Under the pieces are notes generated by a model. That model made no database searches. It saw only the letters and a list, made by a program, of their open reading frames with translations, and was not told the origin of the DNA. From positions 12,088 to 76,087 of the IMG/VR virus record IMGVR_UViG_3300025030_000080: a DNA stretch of 64,000 nucleotides; one strand, given 5' to 3'. Position 1 is the stretch's first letter; the number at the start of each line of letters is the position of its first letter. Shown in pieces: positions 20,658 through 31,717 of the stretch. This DNA comes from a virus. The translations under genes and the position numbers were made by a program.

Positions 20658-21352
20658 TTTTGATCTCCTTTTGGTTGGAAGGGTTGGATTAAACTAGGAT
20701 CTCTTATGATATTCCAATGATTTCCTGCTCCCCAAAGTAATAGCTGAGGGGAGAATACTATACGCTCGGTCCTTTTCCAAGTAAACCACAAAATTGCTTG
20801 TAATTGATTCGGAAGTAATTTATGTTTTCTAGCTACTTTGAAAAATACTTCGGCCATTTCGTCGTATCTTTTTGGGGAAGATACTAATTTCAACTCTGCT
20901 ACTTCTTTCATACGGTATCGTCTACCAGAATAAATGGAACACATATGCCCATCAAGTGTAATATATTTAGGGTCTTTGGGCAGCAAAATATTTAAGTAAA
21001 AATTTCTAGTTTTTGGTCCTGAAGTTTCTGCTAGGAAATCCTTATTTCCGATTAGGAATTCAATTGCTCTACTTTTACATTGATTATAAGTAGAAACTAT
21101 AATTTTATTTGGAGGGATTTTATTTTTAATACCGATCATAATACTGACGAGGGACCGGATATTACCCATATAATCATTGTTGGGGGATAATGCAACGAAT
21201 GCGGCTACTGTTGGGCAGAATCCGAATCCATGATAATTTGCTACATTTTTTAACATTTCATTATATCTATGGTAGGCTACTTTTCCTTCTTCTTTGTCGA
21301 TGGAATCTGATAAAGAGTAAACTTTTTCTATGTTGATTGTTTTAGATTTCAA
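20654..21352 (-). CDS. HhH DNA-glycosylase-fold protein (DUF7178-like)
   Basis: VALSPNN..GN, GPKTRNFY.NI, TLDGHM, QLQAILW. Confidence 0.6.
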   Translation of the reverse strand: MKSKTINIEKVYSLSDSIDKEEGKVAYHRYNEMLKNVANYHGFGFCPTVAAFVALSPNNDYMGNIRSLVSIMIGIKNKIPPNKIIVSTYNQCKSRAIEFLIGNKDFLAETSGPKTRNFYLNILLPKDPKYITLDGHMCSIYSGRRYRMKEVAELKLVSSPKRYDEMAEVFFKVARKHKLLPNQLQAILWFTWKRTERIVFSPQLLLWGAGNHWNIIRDPSLIQPFQPKGDQK

Positions 21353-22215
21353 AAGAAAAGCCCTGCTAATTCTTTCTTTATGTTTTTTTCTATCTTTAAA
21401 ATTGCATTATTTTGTTTTATCAACGATTTGATAATAGCGGGTCTAGCCCAATTTCTTTGGAATTTGGACCATTCTTTGTTTTTATCTCCTTTTTCATTTT
21501 TATATAACATACCCATTGGTAAAAACCCTGCCTTGACCGTTTTAAATAGCCTATTTTCTGCTTTTTGTATAGTATCGTTAGGAAATCCTATTAAAACAAA
21601 ACATCTGAGTTGATTGAAAGTAAACCCTGCTTCTTTCAGCATGCTCCCCGCTTTGATTAAAGATTCATATTTTTCCTCCGTATCGTATGCAAAGAATATT
21701 TGAGAAGGATTGGCTTTTATGAGTAGATCTACTATCCATGGTTTTAATTTAGTTGCTTCTAATCCTCCAGTAAATTCTGGTCGATGATTTTGGCGTGAAA
21801 GCATTAAAAAGACATTTCTAATATGATTTTCTGAGCAAGCTAATAGGTTATCATCTAGTATATTCCAACCATCTTTTATTTCTAATTCCCTGATATTTCC
21901 TTCTCTTTTCCAAACAGAACAAAACCAACATTTATTTGGGCATCCTCTAGATGTAATGACATATCCTAATTTTAAATATTTACCAGGGATAAATTCTTCC
22001 CCTTTATTTCCTAATGCAGGACCACCAATATTTATAGGAGCAACATCTTTCCAACTTTTTTCTAAAATTTCTATTAATTTTAGGTCCCAAGTAAAAGTAA
22101 AGGATATCTCCACTTTTTTTATTTCTGGTAATAGTAACCCAGGTGGTCCGAAGAATGCCAAGGAATCATCTGGGGATGCTTTAGTTTTTCTAGGGAATAC
22201 TCTTGCTATAGTCAT
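21349..22215 (-). CDS. radical SAM enzyme
   Basis: TSRGCPNKCWFC, LDDNLLA, FVLIGF; degenerate B12-binding-like N-terminus (IGGPA); C-terminal GLFF. Confidence 0.88.
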   Translation of the reverse strand: MTIARVFPRKTKASPDDSLAFFGPPGLLLPEIKKVEISFTFTWDLKLIEILEKSWKDVAPINIGGPALGNKGEEFIPGKYLKLGYVITSRGCPNKCWFCSVWKREGNIRELEIKDGWNILDDNLLACSENHIRNVFLMLSRQNHRPEFTGGLEATKLKPWIVDLLIKANPSQIFFAYDTEEKYESLIKAGSMLKEAGFTFNQLRCFVLIGFPNDTIQKAENRLFKTVKAGFLPMGMLYKNEKGDKNKEWSKFQRNWARPAIIKSLIKQNNAILKIEKNIKKELAGLFF

Positions 22216-23141
22216 TGCAAGGATCTCATCAATTCTTTCCCTTGTTCAACAGTTAACTCTCCGGGGTCTTTAACTCCATTTAATTCAATTACTTCCGATT
22301 CAGTCCACCAAATTTGTTCTGATAACTTCTTTGCAGATTTCTGAGCAATCTCCTCCGAATCGAACAAGATAAATATCTTACTACCGTTTAATTCTCTTAG
22401 TAGTTTCACTTGCGAAGCTGTCCATTGAGTTCCAAAAGTAGCTACAGATCCTGCTCCTAATCGGATCTGATCAAGAGGTCCCTCGACAACGACTATGTTT
22501 TTTCCAGGGGGAGTTTCATCGAATCCAAATAAAGTTTCTTTTGCTGGAAATATACTTTTTTCCTCTTCCAAATTTCGATATTTTATTTTTGATCTATTAG
22601 TTAGGTCTCTGCCGATCCAAGTTACTAATCGTCCTCTGAGAGTTATTGGTAGAATTAATCGAAACTTGAAATCCCCTACGTGTCCGCCATAATAAAGTTC
22701 TCTACTTCTTATTACAGATTCTGGGTCGAATCCACGTTTAGCTAAAAATTTTATTACTATATCAGGAATAGTAGGCCAAGATAATTTAACGTAATTTTTT
22801 GGTATTTCTAATTTAGTAATTCCTGATTTACTTTCTTCTGAATATTCTATTAATGATAGTCTACTAGGATTTTGATATTTCTCCATTACCTCCAGAGTTT
22901 CCGGAAAAGTTACATGGTTTTCTAAAATTTTAATTAATTTGGATATGCTTCCTTTTGTAGAACATTTCCAGCAACTGATGAAATTTGAGGTAATATTAAT
23001 GCCTAAATGCTCTCCAGTATCTGAGCAGAAAGGGCACGCTACGCCTAACCATCCACGTTCTTGTCGGGAAGAATTAAATGGTATTCCCCTATCATTTAAA
23101 TAGGGAATAACATCAAAAAGCATTATGGTTAAATTATTCAC
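22212..23141 (-). CDS. DNA primase (Zn finger + TOPRIM)
   Basis: CPFC..CWKC, VVEGPLD, LFDSE, KDPGE. Confidence 0.88.
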   Translation of the reverse strand: MNNLTIMLFDVIPYLNDRGIPFNSSRQERGWLGVACPFCSDTGEHLGINITSNFISCWKCSTKGSISKLIKILENHVTFPETLEVMEKYQNPSRLSLIEYSEESKSGITKLEIPKNYVKLSWPTIPDIVIKFLAKRGFDPESVIRSRELYYGGHVGDFKFRLILPITLRGRLVTWIGRDLTNRSKIKYRNLEEEKSIFPAKETLFGFDETPPGKNIVVVEGPLDQIRLGAGSVATFGTQWTASQVKLLRELNGSKIFILFDSEEIAQKSAKKLSEQIWWTESEVIELNGVKDPGELTVEQGKELMRSLQ

Positions 23142-25035
23142 TATTTTAAATCAAAAAGATTTTCAATTTCTTTTAGTACTTCATAAGGAGGACATTTAAT
23201 TGATTTTATTAATTTATCAGAATGGCCATGTTCAGATCCTCCGTAACGATGATATAATTCTAACCTGTAGTTTGTCTTCATTTTATCAATAGTAATTTCT
23301 ATTACTTTTCTACTTTTCATAGTTTTTTCCATTTGATTATTCTTCCTTTCTTTTCATTATTCCTACAGATTCTAAATCAAATAAATAGATGGTTCTCTCT
23401 GGAAGGTATTTAATTATTTTGAAGTTTTTTCCAAAACATTTAAATGAAATTAGTTTTCCATTTGGATCTCTTTTTATATTTATTGCTAAAGGTAAAAGTA
23501 TTTCAGCATCTGTTGGATTTATTACTCCATCTTTCATATTTGGATAGGGTTCTGGGGGAATGTTTTTATTTATTTTCTCCCAAAGATCTGTAATATCTTT
23601 CATAGATAAATTACCTATTGGCGGTGGTGTGCTATAGGTATTAGCAGTTAATTCTCCAAAAAGTTCATTTTCTATTTTATCCAATAAAATTTTTGTTCTT
23701 TCTTTTTTCATCCATTCCTTAGTGGTTATTTCTATGGCTCCGTGCTCTACGGCTATTTTTCTTCTTTTTGGGGTAAGATCATAATGAGGATATTTTTCAT
23801 CTTGAAACCATTCTCTTTTCATTTCTATTCTATTTGCGAATCTATGTAATTCTTCCAAATATCCGTCAGTAAACATATGACAATTTAGGGTAACTCTCCC
23901 TCGTAGACGCCAACCATGGTTTTTTAATTCATCGACGTAGATCATATAGCATTTAATTTTTCTTTGAATTCTTTTAATATTTTTTCAAATTCTTCTTTAC
24001 TCGATTTATATTTTCCTTCACCTAAGAAGTAATCTGCATCTCCATTTACTAAACTATTCTCTATTTCTAATTCATATGAAATTTCATTATTTCTACATCT
24101 AATATCTTTATGGAGACTAATATGATTTCTTTCTGATAATCTTTTGGTATAAATATTTGCCTCATAATCATCTCCGCTACAATCATGTCTCATATAAATG
24201 GGAAATTCTATATCTACCTCTATTTCTTTTTCAATTTTAGTTTTTAATTTAATTTTCATTTTTTCCTTCTTTAATTTATTTTTTCCCACTTATTGCATAT
24301 TGCATCATAACTTGAATCTTTATAAGTTTTTTCGCACATACCAATAAGAGGGGTTCTATCAAGATTAATTCTCCAGTGTTTACAACAAATGCAAGAAGTA
24401 ACGGGGATAATTTTTGATATAAGTTCTTTGCTTTGTTGAATTGGAGAAATTCCCCATATTATTTCCTTGTCCACTTGTTTAAAAAATAATTCAGTTACTT
24501 TATTTTTCATCCATTCTATATATTTTAATACTTCTTCTTCAGTGCAATTAGGAATATTAAAAGTTTGGAATGTGCTAATTATTGTTTCATCTCCATCCTT
24601 ATCTCCTTTATCAAAGTATTTAAATTCATCAGAATCTTTCATTTTTGTTATTCTTACCTTCACATAATCTGCAGTATCTGTAAAGTTTTTCAGCTTCTTT
24701 TCTAGTTATAATTTTTTTGTAATCTGGATGTGCTCTTCTAAATGAAGGGCAATCAGCATTTGTATGAAATTTTACATCTTTTATATATGTTAGAGGGTGT
24801 CGGGCTATAAATACTTTTTCAGATTCCATTACTCTTCTCCTATCGGGGTTCGACATGAGGGAGGCAATCCAGAACAATTACATTTATAAGTTAATAAACA
24901 TTCCCCATCATCAGAATGGTATCCTTCATGATGGCCGCATGGACACATCTTTGGTCCATTTTTATAGCACCATGATGGAACATAGGGAGTATCGTTTGAC
25001 GGACCACGACTACTTTGACTTACTGGACCAGGCAT
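23141..25035 (-). other. run of small hypothetical CDSs (23141..23332, 23942..24289, 24271..24663, 24629..24877, 24829..25035)
   Basis: tightly tiling ORFs; several starts uncertain. Confidence 0.5.
23337..23945 (-). CDS. DUF4031 domain protein with C-terminal extension
   Basis: IYVD..HMFTD..EELH.FA..WFQ..PHYDLT..RR..AV..GA. Confidence 0.75.
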   Translation of the reverse strand: MIYVDELKNHGWRLRGRVTLNCHMFTDGYLEELHRFANRIEMKREWFQDEKYPHYDLTPKRRKIAVEHGAIEITTKEWMKKERTKILLDKIENELFGELTANTYSTPPPIGNLSMKDITDLWEKINKNIPPEPYPNMKDGVINPTDAEILLPLAINIKRDPNGKLISFKCFGKNFKIIKYLPERTIYLFDLESVGIMKRKEE

Positions 25036-25214
25036 TTTATTCCCTCCAATCTACTCACCGCCAAAAATTATCAACGATGCTCCTCCATATATTATTGCCA
25101 ACACCCCTATTGTTATATACGTTGCCGCTGCACCAGTTTCATTTCCTGATATTGGCATACGAGATACCAATAATATTACTCCAAGAAGTATAATGGCGAG
25201 TCCTTGGCATCTAA

Positions 25215-25703
25215 TTAGCATTTCCCTTCCTCCTTCACCGAGGGCGGGGTTATTGCTTCGTAGTTGTCATCGGAATCTTCCCGCGAACAATCCCCCCGGC
25301 GTAGGTGATCTTCACAGAATCGGCGGTACGCGATCCCATAGAGATCATCCTTGTCGAGTTTATGCCCTCGGTCAGAAAACTCTTGCTTGATCGCGTAGGT
25401 GATTAAGGCGGGCTTGCCACATGAGGGCTGGTCGCATAAATCTTTTTCAAGGGCGATAACTTTATCTGGAATAGGTTCCTGCGCCAACATCCACTCGTTC
25501 CCTAAGAATAGGATAGCCGTATTCATATCCCTAGTCGTGTAATCATGAACTAAGTGTCCCTTGAACCAAAATTCGACGCGGACACTCTGCCGCCATTCGT
25601 CTCCCGATAGGCCACTCGTTTTGTAGCGTGGAACAATTTGCATAGTAATGTGGTCGAATGCTTCCCATCCTGACAACCTCTTATGGTACGAATTGTTAAT
25701 CAT
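25215..25703 (-). CDS. hypothetical protein in a GC-rich cassette
   Basis: RBS before MINNS; CxxxxC..C..H motif. Confidence 0.6.
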   Translation of the reverse strand: MINNSYHKRLSGWEAFDHITMQIVPRYKTSGLSGDEWRQSVRVEFWFKGHLVHDYTTRDMNTAILFLGNEWMLAQEPIPDKVIALEKDLCDQPSCGKPALITYAIKQEFSDRGHKLDKDDLYGIAYRRFCEDHLRRGDCSREDSDDNYEAITPPSVKEEGKC

Positions 25704-25908
25704 CCTCACTCCCTCCCCTCCCCATTCAGTCTCCCCGCCAGCCACTCCGCGTACCGTAACCGCTCGGCCCTGTTCCTGAAATCCCCGTTCACGGTGAGCG
25801 CAACATCGTGGTGGAAGTCGCCGGACTCCACGTACACTCCCCGCGTTTCTTCATCGTAGCGGAAGGTCCAGGGGCCGATGTCCATCATCCTTCACCGAGG
25901 GCGGGGTT
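25231..25908. repeat. 21-bp direct repeats (TCCTTCACCGAGGGCGGGGTT) at 25231-25251 and 25888-25908 flanking a two-gene cassette
   Basis: exact copies read from the sequence. Confidence 0.9.
25706..25888 (-). CDS. hypothetical protein in a GC-rich cassette
   Basis: GC-rich codons; starts directly after the repeat. Confidence 0.55.
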   Translation of the reverse strand: MMDIGPWTFRYDEETRGVYVESGDFHHDVALTVNGDFRNRAERLRYAEWLAGRLNGEGRE

Positions 25909-27127
25909 CTATTTGCGTACAGCCAGGTACCTTTTAATGGCCCGGTCCTGATTATCCATTACGGATTCTAATTTATATATAACGGCCATACTCCTTGCAA
26001 TGGTGTAACTTTGATTCTTTATTACATTATCCTGAAAGACAATGGTCTTGGTTTGTATAGTTATCGTCTCGCGCAATTCCCTGATGGATAACTGTTGAAA
26101 AACAATTGATATTATCATCAAAACGACAATCCCTACCAAGTATATCCTGATTGTCAATTCTCCCCCTCCTTCAGCGAGCGTAGGGCGGCTAGTTCATCAA
26201 TATGTTTTTGAACTATATTCCGTTGCCATTCATTACGAACGGCGGCAGAAGGATACTCTTCTGCGTCTCCCTCCCAAAATATATATATCCCTTTTGTTTT
26301 TGCCTCAAGTATGAAGCATTCCATGCAAAGTAAATTTTTCTTTGTGACTTTATCCCATAGTTCATCTGTTACGCGATAAACATCGTCATATCCTTCACCG
26401 CATATTTGGCAATGTTCCCTCTCTAGATTCGTATCCAAGTTCATTTTCCTCCCGTGGTCCCCACGATATAGAATTGCTTCTTTCCCATTGCTATTTTTTC
26501 TTTTTTATTTGGATCGTTATATCTTATTTGTACAATAATTCCGTTTCCATTTTTATCTGCATTGGGAATGTAAATTCCAATAGATCTATCGGGATTGGGT
26601 ATTTCATAGATAGGCTTCATCCCTGCTTTTTTCATTAAAGCAGCAAGGGGGCATTTCTTATGGTGGCCTATTGTATCCGTCCACCAATCCATATTTGGCT
26701 TATGGCCATGGCATAGTTCACATTGCCCGTTGCCCATACTCCACTCGAAATCTTCAATGGTCTTATGATCAATCTCGTCTTTACTAAGCCAGTTTAATCT
26801 GTTTTTATTTTTACGTATCATCTTTTATTTCTCCTTTCTTTTCACCCATCGTTTTTGTTTCATTATTTTCCTAGTTTTCAAATTGATTCTATCGAAACGT
26901 ATTCCAAGTAAATTACAAACCCCTATTCCTATTGGACCCCCAAATATTCCTTCTGTTCCCTTGGTATCTTTCTCACAATCATAGCACCAGATATGATCTA
27001 TGTATTCGCTCCAAGTTGTATTAGTTCCCTGGCATAGATCGCAAGTAATTTCATATATAATTGGTTTTTGGGCATAGCACCAAGTTCGTTTTCTCATATA
27101 TTTTAGAATTCCTCGCTTCCAAACCAT
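25909..27127 (-). other. four small hypothetical CDSs (25909..26157, 26154..26444, 26441..26821, 26825..27127)
   Basis: tiling ORFs, several with CxxC pairs. Confidence 0.55.
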
Positions 27128-28524
27128 TTTTCAGAAAAATAAAGTACCAATCTTTCTGAAAAATGGTCTTTGATGTACCGATGCGATGGATCCCAAATAT
27201 CAACTAAAATAACATCTTCTTTGATACCTTCCACTGTACGAAGTCCTCGCCCGATACTTTGTAAAGTTAAAATTTCACTTTTTCCTCCAGCTGCGTTTAT
27301 GATTGCTCCCAAGGTAGGAATATCTACTCCTTCTTTCCATACTGCATCAGCAATTACTACATCTACTTTTTTACTATTCAAATCCTCTTTGATAATTTTA
27401 CGGGCGGTTCCTGGTATTTTACTCCATACAAATTCAATTTTTAAATGAGGAAATAATCTACGGGCCATATCAAGAATATTATTACCATGCTGAACAATAG
27501 TTACCAATATCAGTACCGTTCTACCCGCTTTCACTAAATTATCAGCTGTTTGTAAAACTAATTTATGTCTACGACTATTGAAAGTAACGGCAAATTTATA
27601 TACTTCTTGGTATGATTTTGCTTCTCTAGCGGCTAGTGTTATAGGCAACTTTTTTAAAATAATTTTTATTTTAGCCAATCTATCTACCTCAGAAATCTTT
27701 TTTCTTGATATAACTGGTCCTATGTAACCTTCCAAAGCAAATTTCGCTTCCTCTATATATGGTAGTGTAGCGGTAAACCCCAGTCTAATGGGGGCATTGA
27801 TAACTGAAAGTACTCTTGCGTATGTTCCTCCTTTTCCAGTATCGAACGGAGGAGCAAGGGAACTCAGGTGGTGTGATTCGTCCGTGATTACAATATCTAT
27901 CGAATTAAACCACTCCTTCTCTATTTCTACAGATTTTACTAGAGATTGCACCGTAGCGACAGTTATACGTTTTGGGTTATCTATTCCGGCTCCGATTATT
28001 CCCACTTCTCCGGGGAAAAATTCTTTTGCTTTATCAGAAGTTTGAAAAAGTAAATCTTGAGAGTTTACAATTATTAACGCTCGGGATTTTGGAAATAAGG
28101 ATAGAAATGATAGGAATATAATTGTCTTCCCACTGCCGGTAGGATACGCGATAACCCCCCTAGTATAGTACACAGCATTCTGTACGGCTTCCACTTGTAT
28201 TTGATCTAAATTGTATCCCCTAGGTAAGGGGGTGTTCTTAATTTTTTCGTCCGTGATATCGTAATATTCTTTTGGTAGGGAGGGGGGAGGATGTACTATT
28301 TCAAGAGGAATATTTCTTGATTTGCAGTATTCTTCTATACGAGTGATAAATCCAGTAAGGAACTGACCCTTTTTAACTAACGGCTTAACATATGATTTTT
28401 CAATTTTTCTGTATGCAGTTTGTTTGAAATAAACTTGTTTATAACATAAGAAACTGGCAAGTATTTCAGCATCTTCTTTAGTGGTAACTTTACTAAAAAT
28501 ATTATTGATAATTATTATTTTCAA
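27103..28524 (-). CDS. superfamily 2 DNA helicase (UvsW/XPB-like)
   Basis: PTGSGKT, DESHH, GFTAT, EGVDIP, QSIGRGLR. Confidence 0.9.
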   Translation of the reverse strand: MKIIIINNIFSKVTTKEDAEILASFLCYKQVYFKQTAYRKIEKSYVKPLVKKGQFLTGFITRIEEYCKSRNIPLEIVHPPPSLPKEYYDITDEKIKNTPLPRGYNLDQIQVEAVQNAVYYTRGVIAYPTGSGKTIIFLSFLSLFPKSRALIIVNSQDLLFQTSDKAKEFFPGEVGIIGAGIDNPKRITVATVQSLVKSVEIEKEWFNSIDIVITDESHHLSSLAPPFDTGKGGTYARVLSVINAPIRLGFTATLPYIEEAKFALEGYIGPVISRKKISEVDRLAKIKIILKKLPITLAAREAKSYQEVYKFAVTFNSRRHKLVLQTADNLVKAGRTVLILVTIVQHGNNILDMARRLFPHLKIEFVWSKIPGTARKIIKEDLNSKKVDVVIADAVWKEGVDIPTLGAIINAAGGKSEILTLQSIGRGLRTVEGIKEDVILVDIWDPSHRYIKDHFSERLVLYFSEKWFGSEEF

Positions 28525-29210
28525 GTTATATTTTTCCTTCTAGGTATAAATTCAGGTAGTGCTTTTTTAATTTCAGTATCAATCGCCAAGGGATCTTTCT
28601 GAATTCCTTCTAGAAAATTGTTTATTTTCAAAGCGGCATTTTCAATACTTTTAACAAGCGAGACTAAAAATTCTTCACGTTCCTTAGTATATGGAACTAC
28701 GGCGGAATGGGATTCCCTATCAGAAGAAAGTTCTCCACGTATATAATGATTATCTTCGTCAAATAGTCTTTCACCAATTTTATAACAAATTTCATAATTT
28801 ATTCCAAGTGTAGGACTAACATCACAAAATGAAATATTATCTCTACTTAAAATACAATATCCATCATCTCCTTTTAGGAATACTTTCATAGATACATTTA
28901 TTAAAATAACTTTTTCCCTAGTAGTAGTTTTAATGAAATCTAGGCATCGTATTATTAAATTTCCCCAATTAGTATTGGCTTCTTCTAATGTTTTGGCATA
29001 AATTCTGTTATTTCTATCATCGTAAGGAATAGGACGATGGTGTTCTCCCCATTGTCTATATACAGATTTAGCGATCTCCTTTAAATGTTCTGGAAATGTT
29101 AAATAAAACTCCCCTGATGAATTATTAACACTAGTGGTACGAGTATATTTGATGTATTTAATTCCATCTATATCGGGAACTTCTTTTATATTTTTGCTAA
29201 TAATGGGCAT
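28521..29210 (-). CDS. hypothetical protein
   Basis: 229-aa ORF. Confidence 0.6.
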   Translation of the reverse strand: MPIISKNIKEVPDIDGIKYIKYTRTTSVNNSSGEFYLTFPEHLKEIAKSVYRQWGEHHRPIPYDDRNNRIYAKTLEEANTNWGNLIIRCLDFIKTTTREKVILINVSMKVFLKGDDGYCILSRDNISFCDVSPTLGINYEICYKIGERLFDEDNHYIRGELSSDRESHSAVVPYTKEREEFLVSLVKSIENAALKINNFLEGIQKDPLAIDTEIKKALPEFIPRRKNIT

Positions 29211-29548
29211 TATTTAAATTCTTTATCGTACATAATACACCATTTTCCACTTTCATTAACAAAGTTTACCAATCCATGTCTAAATAAAGAGCAATAGAAT
29301 ATTTTATATATCCATTTAGATATTTTCATTTGTAGTCCAAAATATTATTTACTTTTCGTATCACTAATAATGCAATATCACAAGGTCCATCTCCACAGGG
29401 TTCTTCTGAATGAAAACAAGTACTTCTTATTTTTTCTACTTTGGATTTTATGTTTTCTTTTCCTTTTTGATATCCCCAATACCATACTAAGTTTAGCAGT
29501 AACAATAATAAAATTCCGAAAATTGCTATTTCTATAGAATTATTCATT

Positions 29549-30016
29549 TTACGATCCCACTATTTCGTTAGTTCCTTCCCATACAAATTCATTTACTGGG
29601 AGATGTTTTCCACATCCGCAACAGAAAGTACCGCCATAAAATTTGGTGTCTCTTGCATAGGTTTCAGCAATGGCTTGGCCCATAGTTGTAACCGTATTAC
29701 AACCCCCATTCAATTGTTCTTTTGTATAAAAACGTCCGGTGACGGGAGATTCACTATCTGGATATATTTCAAATGCAACATAATTCCATTGTTTATGACG
29801 TTCCTTTTCTTCCTCGGTTAAATCTCGTATGGGGTATTTGGGCGGATTGCCTACATGTCGATAGCTACGGCGTACTGGCCTAACAAATCCCTTTGCACGT
29901 TCCTCTTCAGAAAGAACTATATATCCTTTCTGTTGGCCGGTATTGGGATTGATTTCTTTATGGTTAGAGGTAACAGGACTTCCATCAGATAGAGTTACTT
30001 TTGGTTCATCGTTCAT
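29549..30016 (-). CDS. conserved phage protein with Cys motif
   Basis: LSEEERAKGFVRPVRRSY.H..C..TFCCGC. Confidence 0.6.
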   Translation of the reverse strand: MNDEPKVTLSDGSPVTSNHKEINPNTGQQKGYIVLSEEERAKGFVRPVRRSYRHVGNPPKYPIRDLTEEEKERHKQWNYVAFEIYPDSESPVTGRFYTKEQLNGGCNTVTTMGQAIAETYARDTKFYGGTFCCGCGKHLPVNEFVWEGTNEIVGS

Positions 30017-31354
30017 GATTTTTTCCTCATTTCAAATTTAAATACTTTATTTATAATGCTAAAAGCTACCATATCATTCCCAGTATCATCCATTTCTTCC
30101 ATAGGGATATTAACGGTTCCTGATAATTTTTCTAATCTTTTCAACATAACTATGATAAGTTGGTCTTTAAAATCATCTAATATCTCGGCGTGTTCTGGCG
30201 CGTCCCCTCTGGCTAAATCAATCCCTTTTCCCACGGTATTCTCCTTTATTGAATATCTTTTTTGAAGGACTCTTCGTACATTATTTTTGTATCTCTTGCG
30301 GCAAATTCAATCCAATTATCAGCTTTTAGAAAGCAGATGGGGCATCTCTCTGTTCCATCCTCGTTGTCTATTAAAACTTCTAATCCTGCTATTTCCATAG
30401 CATTACCTAAAATCATATTATGAGCAGTCATAAGGGGATCAAAGTTTTCTAATGATGGATTTTCCATTGATTTTATTGTTTTTTCCACAGCTTCCTTACC
30501 AGAAGTCGGTACAAGATCATATAGTCCAATTTCTTTGATTTTATCTTTCAATAAATCCCAATGCGGTATACAAAATTTCATTTATATTTCCTTTCTAGTT
30601 GAAAATTTGCATTTAAGTTACAATTGTCTACAAGATCGAAGAAATTTTTCAAGTAATGCGATGTCATCATATATTTCATTATCTCCTATAGCTGCTGCAC
30701 GGAAACGTATCTTAATTGCTAATTGTACGACTTCCACGGGAATTTTCGCATATCCGAACCATCCCATAATAAATTGAATTGGGGAAATAAGTTTAATTTT
30801 CATTTCTACTCCTTTTGGTAACGGCTATCAATCTATCAGAAATATGTTTACCGCAACAAGGACAGGTCATCGGACAGGGAGTTCTGGTCAAATATTCTTT
30901 TGAGCAATTCTCTTTAGTTTCTTCCATTAATTTTTTTACTAACCTATATCCCTCCGATCTACTTTTAGCGTGAGCGTGAATGTAAATAAAATATCGTAAA
31001 TTTTTGTGCGCTTGGTTCATTTTTCTTCCTCTTTTTTGGTGAGAGTAGCACGATCATATTTAATCCCACATTTTGGGCAGAAAAGTTCACTTAATCTTTT
31101 CCCCCAATTATCTCTTTCTCCAGGGCCATATATAATTGGTCCTGCTCCTGATAATCTAAACCCTTCTTCTCTTTCTTCAAGAGGTTCCTTACAAACTACG
31201 CAATGATATTTTGTTATCAACTTTTCCTCCATTTTTGTACTACGTATTTTACATAAATTATTTTTAATATTTTCTGATTGTTCTTTGGTAATACAAGAAT
31301 GAAGTTGTTCTGTGTAGTCTAATGGCCATCCACAACGTATGCAATGAGTGGGCA

Positions 31355-31717
31355 TTACTTTTCCTCACTTTTTTTATTAATCATATCTATTAATTTTTCA
31401 CAAGTTTCTTTATTAAATCGGGAAATGTGAGCTTCTTCTTTAGGCAATGATAAAGCATCTTGCATCCATTGGTAAGCCTCTTTCCTAGTCATGCCATTAT
31501 TTTTCCATAGAGTATCAAATGCTTCATGAGCTTTAATTCTAACTTTTTTAGTCTCCGCGTTAGCAGGAATTCCCATAGGCTTACCTGTCTTTTGATGGGC
31601 ACCATGGGTTCCGTTACATTCCGGCCATTTGATACACCCATAGAATTTTCCATACATTCTAGATTCAAGGAGTCGCATAGGAGCGCCACATTCTCCGCAT
31701 TTAACCTCTTCCTTCAA
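31355..31717 (-). CDS. Zn-finger protein, DUF3268 / topoisomerase C4 ribbon-like
   Basis: CGECGAPM..FYGC..WPEC..G.H..P.G.PA..R..AH..FD.LW. Confidence 0.75.
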   Translation of the reverse strand: MKEEVKCGECGAPMRLLESRMYGKFYGCIKWPECNGTHGAHQKTGKPMGIPANAETKKVRIKAHEAFDTLWKNNGMTRKEAYQWMQDALSLPKEEAHISRFNKETCEKLIDMINKKSEEK

